The position numbers and the translations under genes were made by a program. This document shows, piece after piece, positions 33,360 to 46,591 of a stretch of 64,000 nt of DNA; positions within the stretch are counted from its first letter, which is position 1, and each line of letters opens with the position of its first letter. The notes beneath the pieces are model-generated. The model was not told the DNA's origin and searched no databases. It worked only from the letters and a program-made list of their open reading frames with translations. This DNA comes from Octopus vulgaris. Lineage: Eukaryota. Location: NCBI GenBank assembly GCA_951406725.2, contig OX597817.1, positions 101,122,001-101,186,000 on the forward strand, in the 5' to 3' direction.

Positions 33360-36030
33360 GTGTTGATGTCAAGAAAAAGAAACATAATGGGAGTGACAAA
33401 AGTAAAGAAGAATCTTTAGATTCTTAAAAAGAAGAATGCAGGCAGGGTTAGAGATGTCCTCGAAGAAAATCTCTGTGTTAGACAGAAAAGAGAAAGGGGA
33501 GCTTAAAGGCAAAGAAAAATACAGGGCGCTGAAAAGGAGGTATAGTATTGAAAGAAAGGGCCTGAAAGTAGTAGTGGAGGAACTGAAACAGCACCTCGTT
33601 GCAAAGAAAGCAAAGATGGTAAGATTCGACCAAAGAATGAAGGGTTACCATCAGAATAGATTATTCAGAGTATATCAGAAGAGATTCTATAAAGAAATAA
33701 ATGGAGAGTGTACTGATGAAAAGTTGAGACCAGATAATATTAAAAGTCAGATGTTTTGTGGTGACATCTGTAGCAAAGACAAGGAGCACAAGAAGAATTT
33801 TGAATGGTTGCAAGAACTGAAACAAAATGTAGTCTGTCCAAAACAGACAGAACTAGTCATTTCAGTTAAGGAAGTGAAGGAAATCAGCAAAAAAACACAC
33901 AAAAAAACGAGCAACTGGAAGGCCCCGGGACCAGATGGAGTTCAAGGCTACTGGATCAAAAGATTTGGTGAATGTCATGCACGAATAGCTGTGCAACTCA
34001 GTAACACCAGAATGGTTGACATTGGTTAGGACAGTGCTGTGCCTGAAAAACATAGAAAAAGGCAATAAGGTAGATAATTATAGGCCGATATCCTGTTTAC
34101 CACTTATGTGGAAGTTATTGACTGGAATACTCGCAGAGTCAATGTACGAACATCTGGAAAAAATGGAATACTGCCACATGAGCAGAAGGGTTGCAAGAGT
34201 AAATGCAGAAGTACCAAGCATCAAGTCCTGATAGACAAAACTGTACTCAGAGACTGCGAAAGGAGAAAAAGTAATTTAGCCATCCCATGGATCGACTATC
34301 ATAAGGTATACGATATGATCCCACATTCTTGAATTATGGAGTGTATGTTGAAAAAGTATGGCGAACTAGAGGACGGACCTAACAGCATACGGAAGAAGTT
34401 TAGGGACAGTAGAAATTAGGAGGGGCATCTTCCAAGGGAACTGCCTGTCCCCACTGATCTTTGTACTGTACCTGATACCACTAACACTGATTCTGAGAAA
34501 CAAAAGCTGGGTATGTATTCAAAAGCCGCCAACAAAAAGTCAACCATTTGTTCTTCATGGATGAGCTCAAACTTTATGGTAAAGATGAAGCCCAAGTCAG
34601 TTCCCTCGTTGATACAGTGTATACCTTTAGTGCTGATATCAGAATGGAGTTCGGACTGAGAAAGTGTGGTATGTTAGTCTTGAAGATCAAATGTATGGAC
34701 GGGATAACGATACCACCGGGGGAGGTTATGAAACAGATAGAAGAGACGGGCTATAAGTACTTGGGGATTTGGGAAATGGATAAATTGATGGAGAAAGAAA
34801 TGACAGAAAAATTTAAGGTGGAGTACTTGCGAAGACTGAGACTGATCCTTAAGTCGAAATTTAATGGACGGAATACGATCAAAGCTATCAACACCTGAGA
34901 GGTTCCACTCCTTAGATATGGAGCAACGGTAATCGCATGGACAATAGACAAACTAAACAGATTAGACAGAAAGACAAGGAAGCTGCTAACTAGATATAGG
35001 TACTCCCACCAAAAAGTGACACAGACAGACTGTATGTACCAAGAAAAAGAGGGGGTAGAGGACTTATTGGATGCGAACACAGCATTAGAGCAGAAGAAAA
35101 CAACATAGCATGGTATGTAAAAAATGCCACAGAACCGCTATTACTAGAAGTAAGAAGGTCAGGCTTGTGTAGGATGGAAGATTGCAAAGGTAAAGCTCTA
35201 TACAAGGACTTGAAAATGAATGAAACTGAAAATAGGTGGGTAAAGAAAAGAATGCATGGTTAATTTCATATGGATGCTGATGATAAAACAGAAAAAAAGA
35301 TGGCTGAGGATGATTAAAAGTGATTTAAAACCGTAAACAGAAGCATTAATCTGTGCTGTCCAAGAGCATGCTCTAAGAACAAACTACATAAAATACAGAA
35401 TAGACAGCACATCACAAAGTGATAAGTACAGAATCTGTTGACAAAACGGTGAAACCGTATGGCATATTACCAACCAATGTACACCACTAGGAATATAGAC
35501 GTCACGACAATATAGCCAGGCTTGTCTATTGGACACTTTACAACAAGTATGGACTTGACAGAGCAAAAAATTGGTACGACCACAAACCTGAAGGCATTGT
35601 CGAAAATAGAAATGCAAAGATCCAATGGGATTTTATGATTCAGTGCGACCATGAGATTGAGAATAGGAAGCTGGACATAGTCTTAATTGTGAAAGAAAAC
35701 AAACTGCTGGATCATATATATACCAGGAAGAAAGAAAAGTAGTGACATGACGGGTTAGCTTGAGAATTTAAGCAGTTGTGTTCGATGAAAAAGGTAGCTG
35801 TAGTACCAATAATTGTCGGGGTCCTGGAAACAGTGAGCAAAAATCTCGAGAAGTACGTGGAACAAATAGGGGCTGCAAAAAGGGTGGAGCACTTGCAGAA
35901 AACAGCAATGCTTGGAACCGCTCGAATACTCTGGAAGGTGCTCGAAAAATAAGAGGTGTAACCTTAGTTCACTGGTAGTGAACAGCTGACACTGTAGTAC
36001 ATCTCCAGTGTTAGAAGCTGTGCAAAAGCA
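33360..36030 (+). mobile_element. R4/Dong-type RLE element (family C), degraded
   Basis: [55 protein letters not shown]; flanked by TAA-type tracts. Confidence 0.85.
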
Positions 36031-36063
36031 ATATATATAACAATAACAATACTATTACTACTA

Positions 36064-36117
<54 letters not shown>

Positions 36118-36129
36118 ATACTACTAATG

Positions 36130-36163
<34 letters not shown>

Positions 36164-36174
36164 TAATAATAATG

Positions 36175-36220
<46 letters not shown>

Positions 36221-36250
36221 GAAGAAGAAGAAGAAGAAGAAGAATAATAA

Positions 36251-36281
<31 letters not shown>

Positions 36282-36284
36282 AAG

Positions 36285-37110
36285 GCTTAAAGAGGAAAAG
36301 AATACAAAAATGAAACAGCACGGAAGGAAAAAAATGTACAATCAGAGAGCAAGAGTTATGGAGGAGGAGTGACCTCAAGATAGAGACGGAAGCATTTATA
36401 TGCGCAGCTTAAGAACAAGCATTAAGGACTATGTGAAATGCAGGATCGACAACACTACCGACATCGACAAATGCAGAATGTGAGGTGAGAGGGGTGAAAC
36501 GGTATGTCACATCGTTACCGAATGCCCGAAAGTGGCATAGCGCGAACACAATAGACAACATGACAATGTGGCAAGAACGATCCATTGTGAGCTCTGTAGA
36601 AATCACACCCTACAAAGAGCAAAGACGTGGTGTGAGCAAACCCCAGATGGAGTCACCGAGAATGAAAATTGCAAAATCCTGTAGGATACAATTATCCAGT
36701 ATGATCAGCTGACCAGACATCAGAAACCGGACATTCTTGTTGTGGAAAATAAAGAAAGAACGTGCATGATAATCCACATAGCATGTCACGTTGACAACAG
36801 GATCAAAGAGAAAGAAGATAAACTGAACAACTATGAGGATTTGAAGTGGGAAATACGAAGGTTGTGGTCAATGATGAGAGCAGACGTGGTACCAATATTA
36901 ACTGGTGCACTTGGAAGTTTGAACACTGACCTACCATCATGACCCAAAAAGACTGGTACAAATGTAAAGGTAGAGCACCTATAAAAATTTGCATTGCTTG
37001 AAACCTCAAGAATTCTTCGTTGGGTTCTTGAAGCATGGCCATAATCAAATGTCACCTTAGTCTGCTGGCTGTGGACAGCTGACACCTTCCATAATTCTCA
37101 GCAAAATAAA
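36285..37110 (+). mobile_element. 3' fragment of a further RLE family (D): zinc knuckle + endonuclease + 3'UTR
   Basis: CRM..GETVCHIVTECP, HDNVA, PDILVV, YEDLKWEIRRLW, GALG; preceded by a (TAC)(TAA)(GAA) tract. Confidence 0.75.
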
Positions 37111-37124
37111 AGAAATCATTATGA

Positions 37125-38640
37125 TTTCTTTTATTTACCACCAGGGCGAAGGATGAGCGAGACAGTATAAAGACAGACACAAAGTGTGGGGGTTTACAAT
37201 GTATACTGGGTATACATTAAAAGAAGGCAAATATACATAGTATACGGCACTAAGAAGATAGAAAAGGGATAGTGATGGGGTTCTCCTGACACTGGAGGAT
37301 CTCTAGTGATGATCGAGGAACCCCACCGTCCAAGATCACCCTGAACACCAAGGAAAAGTGCCCTTTTCAACTATTTTCTTTAGACAACCGCTTTCGCCAT
37401 TGACACCAGGCAAAAGAAAGCTGCCTTGCTTGACCGATTAAAGGAGGGTGGCGTATGGACTCGGACGGCAGACGGATCTGTCTCACATGTGACAACAGCG
37501 TTCGACATAGTTAGCAATGCCCGGATATTGAACGAGTGCATGTAGAACGGTTTCGTCGCTCTGCGTGCACGTCGGACAAGCCTGTCTGAGCATATCCGTG
37601 CGCGTAGAGTTTATCTCGAACTGGTAGCGCCCCACCCTCTCGGTAGCACTGCCAGGCCAAAGTCATCTGCAAATTATCCATAATAGTCACCGACCGAAAA
37701 GTCCTCCGGAACAAACTAGCCAGTTCCTCTTCGTCTACGCCCAGAGTATCCCCGAGGATTTCGTCGCACTTCTCCAACACTAATTCTCTCTATATAGCTT
37801 AAAGTGGAACATCCAGCGGTCCTACTGTCCGACTGGTAGAGGACAGTGAACGCTTGGCGACGTTGTAGGTGCCAGGTGCTCAGTTTTCGTTTATCTTTCA
37901 TTCAGGTGTGCAGCTCCGTCAAAGAGACGAGTTGCAGAAAGACGTGCCTCACAATCGGCGCCCACACACGTTCAACGACAAGAAATCGTTGCAGGTGGCC
38001 CAACCTGAAAGCGTGTCTGTGCATCAAAGGCCATGGCATGTCTAAGCCGCCACGCAGAGGGAGCTGGCAACAGACTAACCGCCTGATCATTAGAACATGT
38101 CCCTTCCACAAGAAAATGAACAAGAGACGCTCCAACTTGATCAAGAAATAACTGGGGCAATGTGCAACGGTTAGGGGATAAGTGATGACGGAGGCGATGT
38201 AGGCATTCACCAGATATGCCCGACCTTTCAAGGACAGCTTCCTCTTTGCCCATTTCTGAGTAAGACTGGTCACCCTGTTCGTCATCTCGTCCAAGTTTTT
38301 ATACACCTGGAGGTCGGGACCAAACAAGACCCCATGCACTTTCACTGGTTCATGAGTTCAGCGTCCGACGATTCCGTCCGCCGGCATTATTCTACCATCT
38401 GTAAGTGTATCCACGTACAACGAGCGAGAGCAACATGTCAAAGAGAACTCAGCATATCTAGTGAGATATCTTCTTTTACCCCAAGCACCTGGAGTGACAC
38501 AGCCTGCACTGATTGATGCAGCACAATAGATGCACAATATCTTACCCCTATGGGTTAGCTGCAGGATGGGTCGAAACGATCGCTGTGCTGAATAAAGATT
38601 CGTATTAAATTCATCTTCCGTTTCTTTCCCCAATTAAATA
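37125..38640 (-). mobile_element. Tx1/L1-like LINE ORF2 remnant
   Basis: GVLFGPD..W..RKLSLKGR..LVN..I.S..Y; GGLDMP; LAWQCYR..LPVRDKL. Confidence 0.65.
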
Positions 38641-38949
38641 TACAACAAATACTGTGGATTTCCTGACGGCAGCCCAAACGGTGAATGTGCTTTAATCGAC
38701 ATACTAATTGTCTTATTAGTATATATATATATATATATATACTTTGTGTGTGTGTGCGTATGCGTGTTTATAGGAAACGCAAGGAGTATACGTCGATTGA
38801 TATTCATTAATAGGTAGGTATGTACAATGAATACTCAGATAGGTTTGCCACTAACACACAGGTTTGAAATGAAAATGGGAATGGGGTGTTGAAATTGCCT
38901 ATCCAAGGCGGCTAGAAGCGGCACCTCATTCAAAGAATATAAATAGATC

Positions 38950-39292
38950 AAGAGTCGGAGACCACCTTCGGTCAGGAATGACCATGGGATTGCACCTAGA
39001 AAGTTATCCTCCGACGCACAAGCCCGGGCATGGTTGTTTTATGGAAGACCAGCAGTCACTCATGCATACCAGCCTCCCCTGTCCACGCCACCGATGTTAT
39101 CCAAGGGAAAGGCAAAGGCCGATGCAGCTTTGCACCAGTGACATCGTGACTCATTTCTACAGCTGAGTGAACTGGAGCAACGTGAAATAAAGTGTCTTGC
39201 TCAAGAACACAACACGCAGCCCGGGCCGGGATTCGAACTTACGACCGTGAGGTTGTGAGTTCGATATTCTAACCACTGAGCCATGCGCCTTC
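38950..39292 (-). mobile_element. tRNA-derived SINE (family 2)
   Basis: Minus strand TGGCTCAGTGG / GTTCGAATCC boxes, then gtgttcttgagcaagacactt..ttgctccag; related truncated copy at 58150-58270. Confidence 0.78.
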
Positions 39293-39398
39293 ACAGATCA
39301 AGAGTAGAAATAAAGAAATTAAGGTATACTTTATTTGTACATTTTCTTATAAAGAAATTCCCTCCAGTGATGCTTAATGATTTGCTTGTCCATCTTGC

Positions 39399-39399
<1 letters not shown>

Positions 39400-39438
<39 letters not shown>

Positions 39439-40460
39439 ACGCACACACACATATACACACGTACATACACATACATATACACACAAACCTCCAATATCAT
39501 GATATACAGACGCACACAATTACACACTCATGGGTATAAACACACACGCACATACACGCACGCACGTAAGCACACGCACGCACATACACACAGGAACGCA
39601 CATATATGCCTACACAAACCCCCACACAACTTCCTACACAGCTCCACGCACACACGCACACACAAATTAACATACACACACATACATATACATACACACA
39701 CAATATATACATACACGAACACACACATACACATACGCACACACATATAGACGCACATACACGCACACACACATGCGCACACACACGCACGCACATGCAT
39801 ACAAGCGCAAGAAAACGCACATATACCTCCCTATACAAACCCTCGTTCATACACACTCACGCACACACACATACACATGCACACACACATGCACGCACAC
39901 AAAATACACACGCACATACATACACACATATACACACGCACACACACTCACATGCACACATATATATACACACGCGCACACATATACGCACATGCACACG
40001 CAAATGAAGCCACATATACCTCCCGTTCACACACAACACACTTACATACACGCACACAATTATATATACATGGACCCACACACGTACATACAAGCACACT
40101 CACGCACACACAGAGTAACGTACATTTACTCCACAGACACAACCTCATGCGTTCCACATACCTACACGTACACACACATACATACATACATACACACGCA
40201 CTACTTATATATGCACGCACACACACATACCAGTTAACCACCTTTCTACCGACCGTTCTCTTATGCCTTTTGTAGGGAGACGCACAACAGACAGCCACTC
40301 CTATCAAAATTCTTATTATAAATTCTTCCTTTGACGTTAAACGACACTAAGTCCAACCACACGCATACATAAACAGCTAGAACCACACATACACATTCAC
40401 ATGCATATACACGTGCTATCATTACACACACACAGACCTGCACGCACATACCCACACATA
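39400..40460. repeat. Degenerate (CA)n-rich low-complexity block
   Basis: Direct reading. Confidence 0.85.
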
Positions 40461-40596
40461 CCTCCTTCTCTTACACTCTCCTATCTTTGAAAGGACTTTC
40501 ACTTCACCCGTTCCCTTCCGGTCGTTTCAATATGTGACCACGTGTGTACCGTTGGCGATTTTCTTTCTCCGTCTTCCCTTCTCTGGATTTTTTCCA

Positions 40597-40633
40597 GATT
40601 TCTGATGACGAGCTCAACTCGAAACGTGAAATC
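40597..40633 (+). ncRNA. Minimal HHR motif, probably inactive (GUG at the cleavage triplet)
   Basis: GATTT-CTGATGA-C-GAG-ctcaa-CTC-GAAA-CGT-G-AAATC; stem I GATTT/AAATC, palindromic ACGT. Confidence 0.55.
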
Positions 40634-40739
40634 GTCTTTCTTTTCTCACCTTTCCTGAGCGTCCAATAACACTGTACTTATTCCACATCCTCACGTTGTA
40701 TTTTCTTGCTTGCTCATGTTTGCATTGACTATTTATATG

Positions 40740-40786
<47 letters not shown>

Positions 40787-41062
40787 CTGTGTGTGTGTGT
40801 GTCTGTGTGTGTGTGTTTGTGTGTGTGTATGTATATATATATACGTATATATATATATATATTACGACCAACAGACGACGCCCAAGAATCACTACTTTTG
40901 CTTCCATTGGAACACAAGGTAACACAAAAGCGGTTCCTTTTGATACCAGCAAGAAATCTATAATGAACTTCTCCACTACACTCGACAAAACAGTAAGGAA
41001 CGGCTATGGATTTTTTCTATTATACTCTTTATAATATATTTGATAAGATTCGTCTTTTCAAG

Positions 41063-41140
41063 AACATGGATTCTATTGAATGTATGTAACATGGATTCTA
41101 TTGAATGTATGTAACATGGATTCTATTGAATGTATGTAAC
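41063..41140. repeat. 25-bp minisatellite x3 (aacatggattctattgaatgtatgt)
   Basis: Three exact copies. Confidence 0.9.
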
Positions 41141-41264
41141 GATTATGAACTGTTCCATTATACTTTTTGTAATACATTTTTTTTATAAGGTTCGTTTTTT
41201 CAAGAACCGAAACATGTAAAATTAAAACTTATCTAATATAGTGGCGTTTTCAAACTTCTTTTTT

Positions 41265-41333
<69 letters not shown>

Positions 41334-41356
41334 TATATACACACGCATATATATAT

Positions 41357-41409
<53 letters not shown>

Positions 41410-41461
41410 TATATACACACACATATATATATACACACACACATATATATATATATATTTA

Positions 41462-41518
<57 letters not shown>

Positions 41519-41899
41519 GTATGCACACACATAGTATATATAGAAAGGTAGAGGGAGAGAGAAGGAGAAAGTTTTGTGTACATGTGTGTGTATGTGAATG
41601 AGTGAAAGCGAGATATATAACTTAAAGAACTGAGGTAGAAAGAAAACAGTTTTACGTAACCACCTGGTAACGATCTTTCCGTTCCCGACCCTAACGCAAA
41701 TTCTACTTCATCACAACTCTTAGTGTCTTTATAATTCCTGAGAAATGATGACATTCTATGGAAATAGATAAACCTCAACACATAGACACAAAGATTATAG
41801 GAAAATGTGTGAGCTTGTACGCGTGTGCGCGTTCATGTGAGTGTGTTTGTGTGTACGTATATCTTGTGTGTGGTCTGAGTGTATATGTATATACTCTTT

Positions 41900-42283
41900 T
41901 TCTCTTTTACTTGTTTCAGTCATTTGACTGCGGCCATGCTGGAGCACCGCCTTTGATCGAGTAATTCGACCCCGGGACTTATTCTTTTGTAAGCCCAGTA
42001 CTTATTCTATCGGTCTCTTTTGCCGAACCGCTAAGTAACGGGGACATAAACACACCAGCATCGGTTTTCAAGCAATGCTAGGGACACAAACACAGACACA
42101 CTCACGCATCTATATATACATATATACGACAGGCTTCTTTCAGTTTCCGTCTACCAAATCCACTCACAAGGCTTTGGTCGGCCCGAGGCTATAGTAGAAG
42201 ACACTTGCCCAAGGTGCCACGCAGTGGGACTGAACCCGGAACCATGTGGCTGGTAAACAAGCTACTTACCACACAACCACTCC
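41900..42283 (-). mobile_element. tRNA-derived SINE (family 1)
   Basis: Reverse complement of the 14680-15050 family. Confidence 0.85.
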
Positions 42284-42337
42284 TAGAATATACATATATA
42301 CATATGAAGACCAAATATACGTACATATGTATGTAAA

Positions 42338-42369
<32 letters not shown>

Positions 42370-42407
42370 CATACATATATATACATATATATATACATAT
42401 ATATACA

Positions 42408-42480
<73 letters not shown>

Positions 42481-42482
42481 TC

Positions 42483-42886
42483 TTTTATTCTTTTACTTGT
42501 TTCAGTCATTTGACTGCGGCCATACTGGATCACCGCCTTTAGTCGAGCAAATCGACCCCGGGACTTATTCTTTGTAAGCCCAGTACTTGTTCTATCGGTC
42601 TATTTTGCCGAACCGCTAAGTGACGGGGACGTAAACACACCAGCATCTGTTGTCAAGCAATGCTAGGGGGTCAAACACACACACACACAAAAACACACAC
42701 ACATACATATATATACATATATACGACAGGCTTCTTTCAGTTTCCGTCTACCAAATCCACTGACAAGGAATTGGTCGGCCCGGGGCTATACCAAAAGACA
42801 CTTGCCCAAGATGCCACGCAGTGGGACTGAACCCGGAACCATGTGGTTGGTTAGCAAGCTACTTACCACACAGCCGCTCCTGCGCT
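42483..42886 (-). mobile_element. tRNA-derived SINE (family 1)
   Basis: Second adjacent copy. Confidence 0.85.
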
Positions 42887-43190
42887 TATGTATATATATA
42901 TATAAAATCTTACTTGGAGAAGAAGAAACGAAACGAAACGAATCAAATCGACGCGAGGGCGCTCAGTCATACAATAGTGTAATATATAAAATATATGCAT
43001 ACATACACATATGTTCGTACCTACATCTACATGTATATATACATGCATATATAAATATATATACGTGAGTACAGGACACCACAAATAGACGTAGAACTCA
43101 ACGAGAAACGAAAACGTAAAAACAAGCATGGAACGAACCTTTTTTGAACAACGAAAAAACAGAGTACAAGACAAACTACACAAGGAAAAA

Positions 43191-43265
43191 CCCCTTCATC
43201 AGCTGTCCCTAGTTCAGCTCCAGCATGTTTCGAAGGTGAGGACAGAACACGACTCGTCGAACTAG
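43191..43265 (-). ncRNA. Candidate permuted hammerhead, copy 2
   Basis: Minus strand CGTGT-T-CTGTCC..CCTTC-GAAA-CATG..GGACAG-CTGATGA-AGGGG. Confidence 0.6.
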
Positions 43266-44233
43266 CCCTTCCTGCGAAAGAATTAAATAAAATTACTTCG
43301 CAGACGGGTAAAAACAAGGAAAGAAAAAATATGACACAAACAGGACGTAAAAACGATACAAATAAAATTACAAAATAAAATACAAAATAAAATACAAAAT
43401 AAAAATACAATTACAAAAAAATACAATACAAGAAATAAAAACAAACAAGAAAACAAACAAAGAGGGCCTTTTTTGGCCTAGACGAGGAAAGATTCTTAAG
43501 AGCGTGAGAGAGATGAAGAGGAGTGAGAGAGAGAGATAGAGGAAGACAAGCGGCTGTGAGAGAGATGAGGAGGAGTGAGAGAGAGAGAGATGGGGAAAGA
43601 AGGGAAGGTCAAGCAAAGAGTTATAGAGTTTCACACGTATATATATTTATATATGCATGTATATATACATGTAGATGTAGGTACGTACATATATGTATGT
43701 ATGTATGCATATATTTTATTTATTACACTATTGTAAGACTGAGCGCCCTTGCGTCGATTCGATTCGTTTCGTTTCGTTTCGTTTCTTCTTCTCCAAGTAA
43801 GATTTTATATATAATTATGACGCGAAACTCTATAACTCTTTGCTTGACCTTCCCTTCTTTACCTATCTCTCTCTCTCTCACTCCTTCTCATCTCTCTCAC
43901 AGCCGCTTGTCTTCCTCTATCTCTCTCTCTCTCTCACTCCTCATCTCTCTCACAGCCGGCCGACTACTTCCTTTCGCCTGCGGCCTCCTAACAGTGAACA
44001 CACGGTCTTCTTGCGCTCTTAAGAATCTTTCCTCTTTGTTTGTTTTCTTGTTTGTTTTTATTTCTTGTATTGTATTTTTTTTTGTAATTGTATTTTTATT
44101 TTGTATTTTATTTTGTATTTTATTTTGTAATTTTATTTGTATCGTTTTTACGTCCTGTTTGTGTCACATTTTTTTCTTTCCTTGTTTTTACCCGTCTGCG
44201 AAGTAATTTTATTTAATTCTTTCGCAGGAAGGG

Positions 44234-44308
44234 CTAGTTCGACGAGTCGTGTTCTGTCCTCACCTTCGAAATACGCTGGAGTTGAACTAGGGACAGCTGA
44301 TGAAGGGG
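44234..44308 (+). ncRNA. Candidate permuted hammerhead, copy 3
   Basis: CGTGT-T-CTGTCC..CCTTC-GAAA-TACG..GGACAG-CTGATGA-AGGGG. Confidence 0.58.
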
Positions 44309-44608
44309 TTTTTCCTTGTGTAGTTTGTCTTGTACTCTGTTTTTTCGTTGTTAAAAAAAGGTCCGTTCCATGCTTGTTTTTACGTTTTCGTTTCTCGTTG
44401 AGTTCTACGTCTATTTGTGGTGTCCTGTACTCACGTATATATATTTATATATGCATGTATATATACATGTAGATGTAGGTACGTACATATATGTATGTAT
44501 GTATGCATATATTTTATTTATTACACTATATATATATATATGTATATATATGTATGTATATATATATTTATATTTATGAATATATATATATATGTATGTA
44601 TAATTATG

Positions 44609-44654
<46 letters not shown>

Positions 44655-45162
44655 ATAGATAGGTAAATGGATACATAGATAGATAAATAGATATTGACAT
44701 TTGTAAGTTATTCAATTTTCCTTTCCACTATTATATACATTCTTTAGAAAATTTACACATTTGTTTGCTTCGTGAAAGGAGGCTGTGCTTAACAATAATT
44801 GAAACCATATTTCCTAAGAAGAATTGCAGTTGTTATTATTACAATAGCTTCGTTTGTATTGTCACTTCCATAGATGCAATGCAGAATATATGTTGCCAAA
44901 CATATCAGTCCAAATATATAGGATTCAAGATATATACTATGTGGAGACTTTATTGATTATGATTTAAAGTTCAAAGTATTTCTATTGTTTTATACATTTA
45001 ATTTTGCATCTATAATTTCCTACTCTTCTAGTTTTCTCACCTATTTAGTAAATTTTGAAGAAAAGTGTAAGCCGTATTTTTGTAGATTTGAAACAAGTTT
45101 GTGTATTAAATTCCTATACGAGGAAACAAATAATTATTATGAATAAATTATTTCCATATATG

Positions 45163-45375
45163 AGGCGTCGAGCTGGTAGAATCGTTATCACACCGGGCAA
45201 ATTGCTTAGTGACATTTCGTCTGTCTTTATGTTCTAAGTGCAGATTCCATAGACGCCGAAAATGCCTCTCATCTTTTCGGGGTTGATAAAATAAGTACCA
45301 GTTGAACATTGGGGGTCGATGTAATCGACTTACCCCTCTTTCGAAATTGCTGGCCTTATGTCAAAATTTGAAAGC
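45163..45375 (+). mobile_element. tRNA-derived SINE (family 3)
   Basis: gagctgg.agaatcgtta..; ggggt.gataaaataagtaccagttg; homologous to 52961, 53195 and 61290 copies. Confidence 0.75.
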
Positions 45376-46031
45376 AATAATTTATTTCCATATTTGATGA
45401 AAATAAGACACAGTATATGTGATATGTTAAAGTTTCAGTTCATTTAGATATTATTCTATGGTAGCTGCAATTTAGGAAAACTAAGATGTTAGTTGTATGT
45501 ATGTGTGCTTGTAAGCAGACACACACACACACATATTTATATATATACTTGCCTACCGGCCGATTATTTTTGGGCGTATATATAATCTTTTTTGTGTATG
45601 CGTGTGTGTGTATGCGTATATAAACATGTGCGGGTATGTACATATATGGGCGTGTGTGTGTATGCGTGCATAAGGGCATGTCCGTATATGAACGTGGTTT
45701 TAGGCTTTGTATACTTCCTTGTTTTTTCTGTATTGTTACCTTTAACCATGTTTTTTCTTGTGCTTGTGTGTATATAGACGTATGTATGAACCATTACGGT
45801 GCGCGCGTGTGTATGAGTTTGTATATATATGCGTATACATTTGGCGAAACGTTTTCATAGTGACGTATACGTACGCACGTGGATGCACGAGCGCACATGT
45901 GAGCGTATGAGTAGCCATGCTTACGTGTTTACTATGAACTTTTAACCTTAATTTATATAAGCAGCGGAATTTTAACACTGTAATTTCCCTTTGAATAACG
46001 GTATTTTTTCATAGTGATTTTTCAGATGGCC

Positions 46032-46094
46032 AGATAACCGAAGAGATGGTGTTGTGGATTTCCACTTCGGCATCCGAAACTCAGAGTTTTATCT
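46032..46094 (+). ncRNA. Type I HHR motif with CCGAAGA core
   Basis: AGATAA-CCGAAGA-GATG..CATC-C-GAAA-CTCAGAG-TT-TTATCT; perfect 6-bp stem I. Confidence 0.6.
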
Positions 46095-46285
46095 TGGCTA
46101 TTGAATGATGGTAACATATTAATTTACAGATAAATTTCCTCTATTTACATAATATTGAGGTCTCTTTCTTTCTTTTGTTATCTTACCGTTTTTACCAATA
46201 TATATATATATATATATAGGAATTCAATACACAAACATGTATATATATATATATATATACAATATGTTACATTACTCGGTAGTCA

Positions 46286-46348
46286 AGATAAAACTCTGAG
46301 TTTCAGATGCCGAAGTGGAAATCCACAACACCATCTCTTCGGTTATCT
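46286..46348 (-). ncRNA. Type I HHR motif with CCGAAGA core (sense to the PLE ORF)
   Basis: Reverse complement copy of 46032-46094. Confidence 0.6.
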
Positions 46349-46591
46349 GGCTATTTGAAAACGTTATGAAAAAATACCGTTAAATAAAGGGAAATTACTC
46401 TGTTATAACTCTGCTTGCCTGCGTACTTATACATCGCTCGCATTTTTCGTCATAAAAATTATATAAAAATACATAAAAAATATATAAAAAATATATAAAA
46501 ATATATAAAAATATATAAATTCTTCTTGGGACATAACATAGAAAGCATGTTCTATCTGTTTTCTTTAGGGGACCAAAAACGTAACAGAAAT

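Larger units (their letters stand above)
42904..44528. mobile_element. Inverted pair of the ~780-bp non-coding element: minus copy 42904-43632, plus copy 43633-44528 (~1.1 units)
   Basis: Homologous to 335-1352; (TA)n on both flanks; plus copy ends at the same ttattacacta(TA)n junction. Confidence 0.8.

Noticed and set aside
39283-45978. Many His/Thr-, Tyr/Ile- and Cys/Val-rich ORFs
   Set aside because: Translations of (CA)n, (TA)n and (TG)n microsatellites, or of the non-coding tandem element
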